Source: Candidatus Woesearchaeota archaeon
GTDB taxonomy: Archaea > Nanobdellota > Nanobdellia > Woesearchaeales > 21-14-0-10-32-9
Assembly: GCA_047602735.1 (NCBI GenBank)
Contig: JBLKOK010000002.1
Location: forward strand, 112,483 to 176,482
Direction: 5' to 3'
Length of the DNA: 64,000 nucleotides
In this document: positions 63,656 to 64,000 of the stretch, one piece after another
Position numbering within the stretch: position 1 is the first letter of the stretch
Layout: each line of letters begins with the position of its first letter
Made by a program: the position numbers and the translations under genes
The notes under the pieces: model-generated
What the model saw: the letters and a program-made list of their open reading frames with translations, nothing else
Databases searched by the model: none
Told to the model about the DNA's origin: nothing

Positions 63656-64000
63656 TTAGAATTACCTCGTAGAAGTTTTGTTCTTTATGTATAGGAAAGC
63701 CTGTTTTTTTTGCTTGTATTATTATATCGTCTTTATTTTCTTTTAGTTGTTGAATTGATGCGATAAATAAAGATAATGGGTGTTTTGAAGTTAATTCTGC
63801 TTGTTTTTTGTTTTTGGAAAGATTTATTTTTGTATTTGTTATTACTAATATATCTATATCACTTTTATTTGTTTCTTCTTTTCTTGATGAAGATCCAAAA
63901 AGTATTATAGTATATATTTCGTCAGTTAAGTTTTTTAAAAAATGATTTAGAGGATTTTTTATATTTGGGTTTAATTGGTTAAATTTAGTTATTGCTATTT
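63642..64000 (-). CDS. Minimal nucleotidyltransferase (MNT), 5'-truncated by the window end
   Basis: Own minus-strand translation: ..IYTIILFGSSSRKEETNKSDIDILVIT..EVILNEHN-stop at 63642. GS-x-DxD motif. No start codon in the window. Confidence 0.7.
   Translation of the reverse strand, partial: IAITKFNQLNPNIKNPLNHFLKNLTDEIYTIILFGSSSRKEETNKSDIDILVITNTKINLSKNKKQAELTSKHPLSLFIASIQQLKENKDDIIIQAKKTGFPIHKEQNFYEVILNEHN

Noticed and set aside
1-64000. CRISPR arrays, tRNA or rRNA genes, transposases or integrases
   Set aside because: Scanning the intergenic regions, I found no regularly spaced direct repeats, no cloverleaf-like GC-rich segment of about 75 nt and no transposase or integrase-like ORF. 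The only structured-RNA-like island is the RNase P RNA.
1-64000. Alternative genetic code (TGA or TAG reassignment), or CPR bacterial rather than archaeal origin
   Set aside because: TGA, TAA and TAG all terminate well-delimited genes, with frequent ATGA overlaps, and 9-kb ORFs read through under the standard code. The archaeal operon order atpHIKECFA, Rpp30, RPA, class III signals and TATA-type promoters argue for an archaeon.

Overview
AT-rich (roughly 30% GC by eye, not computed), gene-dense window that looks like a small-genome DPANN-type archaeon. The archaeal assignment rests on several features. There is an A1Ao ATP synthase operon in the order atpH-I-K-E-C-F-A (1-4592, minus; atpA runs off the window). 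There is an RNase P RNA (about 4641-4939, minus) that the ORF track cannot show, plus an Rpp30-like RNase P protein. There is an RPA-like OB-fold SSB, TATA-box-like promoters, and many class III (archaeal prepilin-type) signal peptides. Other housekeeping and accessory genes are an ABC-2 exporter pair, gyrA, a GH13 branching-enzyme-like gene, a PQQ sugar dehydrogenase, dps, msrA, a DNPH1-like hydrolase, a membrane JAMM protease and a bacterial-style oxidative pentose-phosphate operon (gnd-zwf-pgl). There are also five small toxin-antitoxin-type modules: 2x VapBC, 2x HEPN/MNT, and an AbrB antitoxin with a truncated mazF remnant. The centre of the window (9112-44531, about 35 kb, 24 ORFs, all on the minus strand, many with ATGA-type stop/start overlaps) is the stand-out. 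It encodes four giant secreted or anchored cysteine-rich proteins (1673, 1064, 1166 and 3026 aa). It also encodes at least 15 proteins whose N-termini look like archaeal type IV prepilin signals ([KR][KR][GA] followed by a hydrophobic helix). These include a tandem triad of 85-94 aa mini-pilins carrying a 6-Cys knot. The cluster further contains a degenerate Memo-like protein, a TPM-domain membrane protein, two unannotated micro-ORFs and, at the distal end, two murein-degrading enzymes. One is an Amidase_2 enzyme that itself has a prepilin-like N-terminus. The other combines a 3D/DPBB domain, a lysozyme-like transglycosylase domain and an EF-hand loop. No pilus assembly ATPase, platform protein or prepilin peptidase is present in the window. 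I interpret this as a candidate, apparently undescribed, cell-surface attachment and cell-wall-lysis apparatus. All product calls come from motif recognition by eye; no searches were run.
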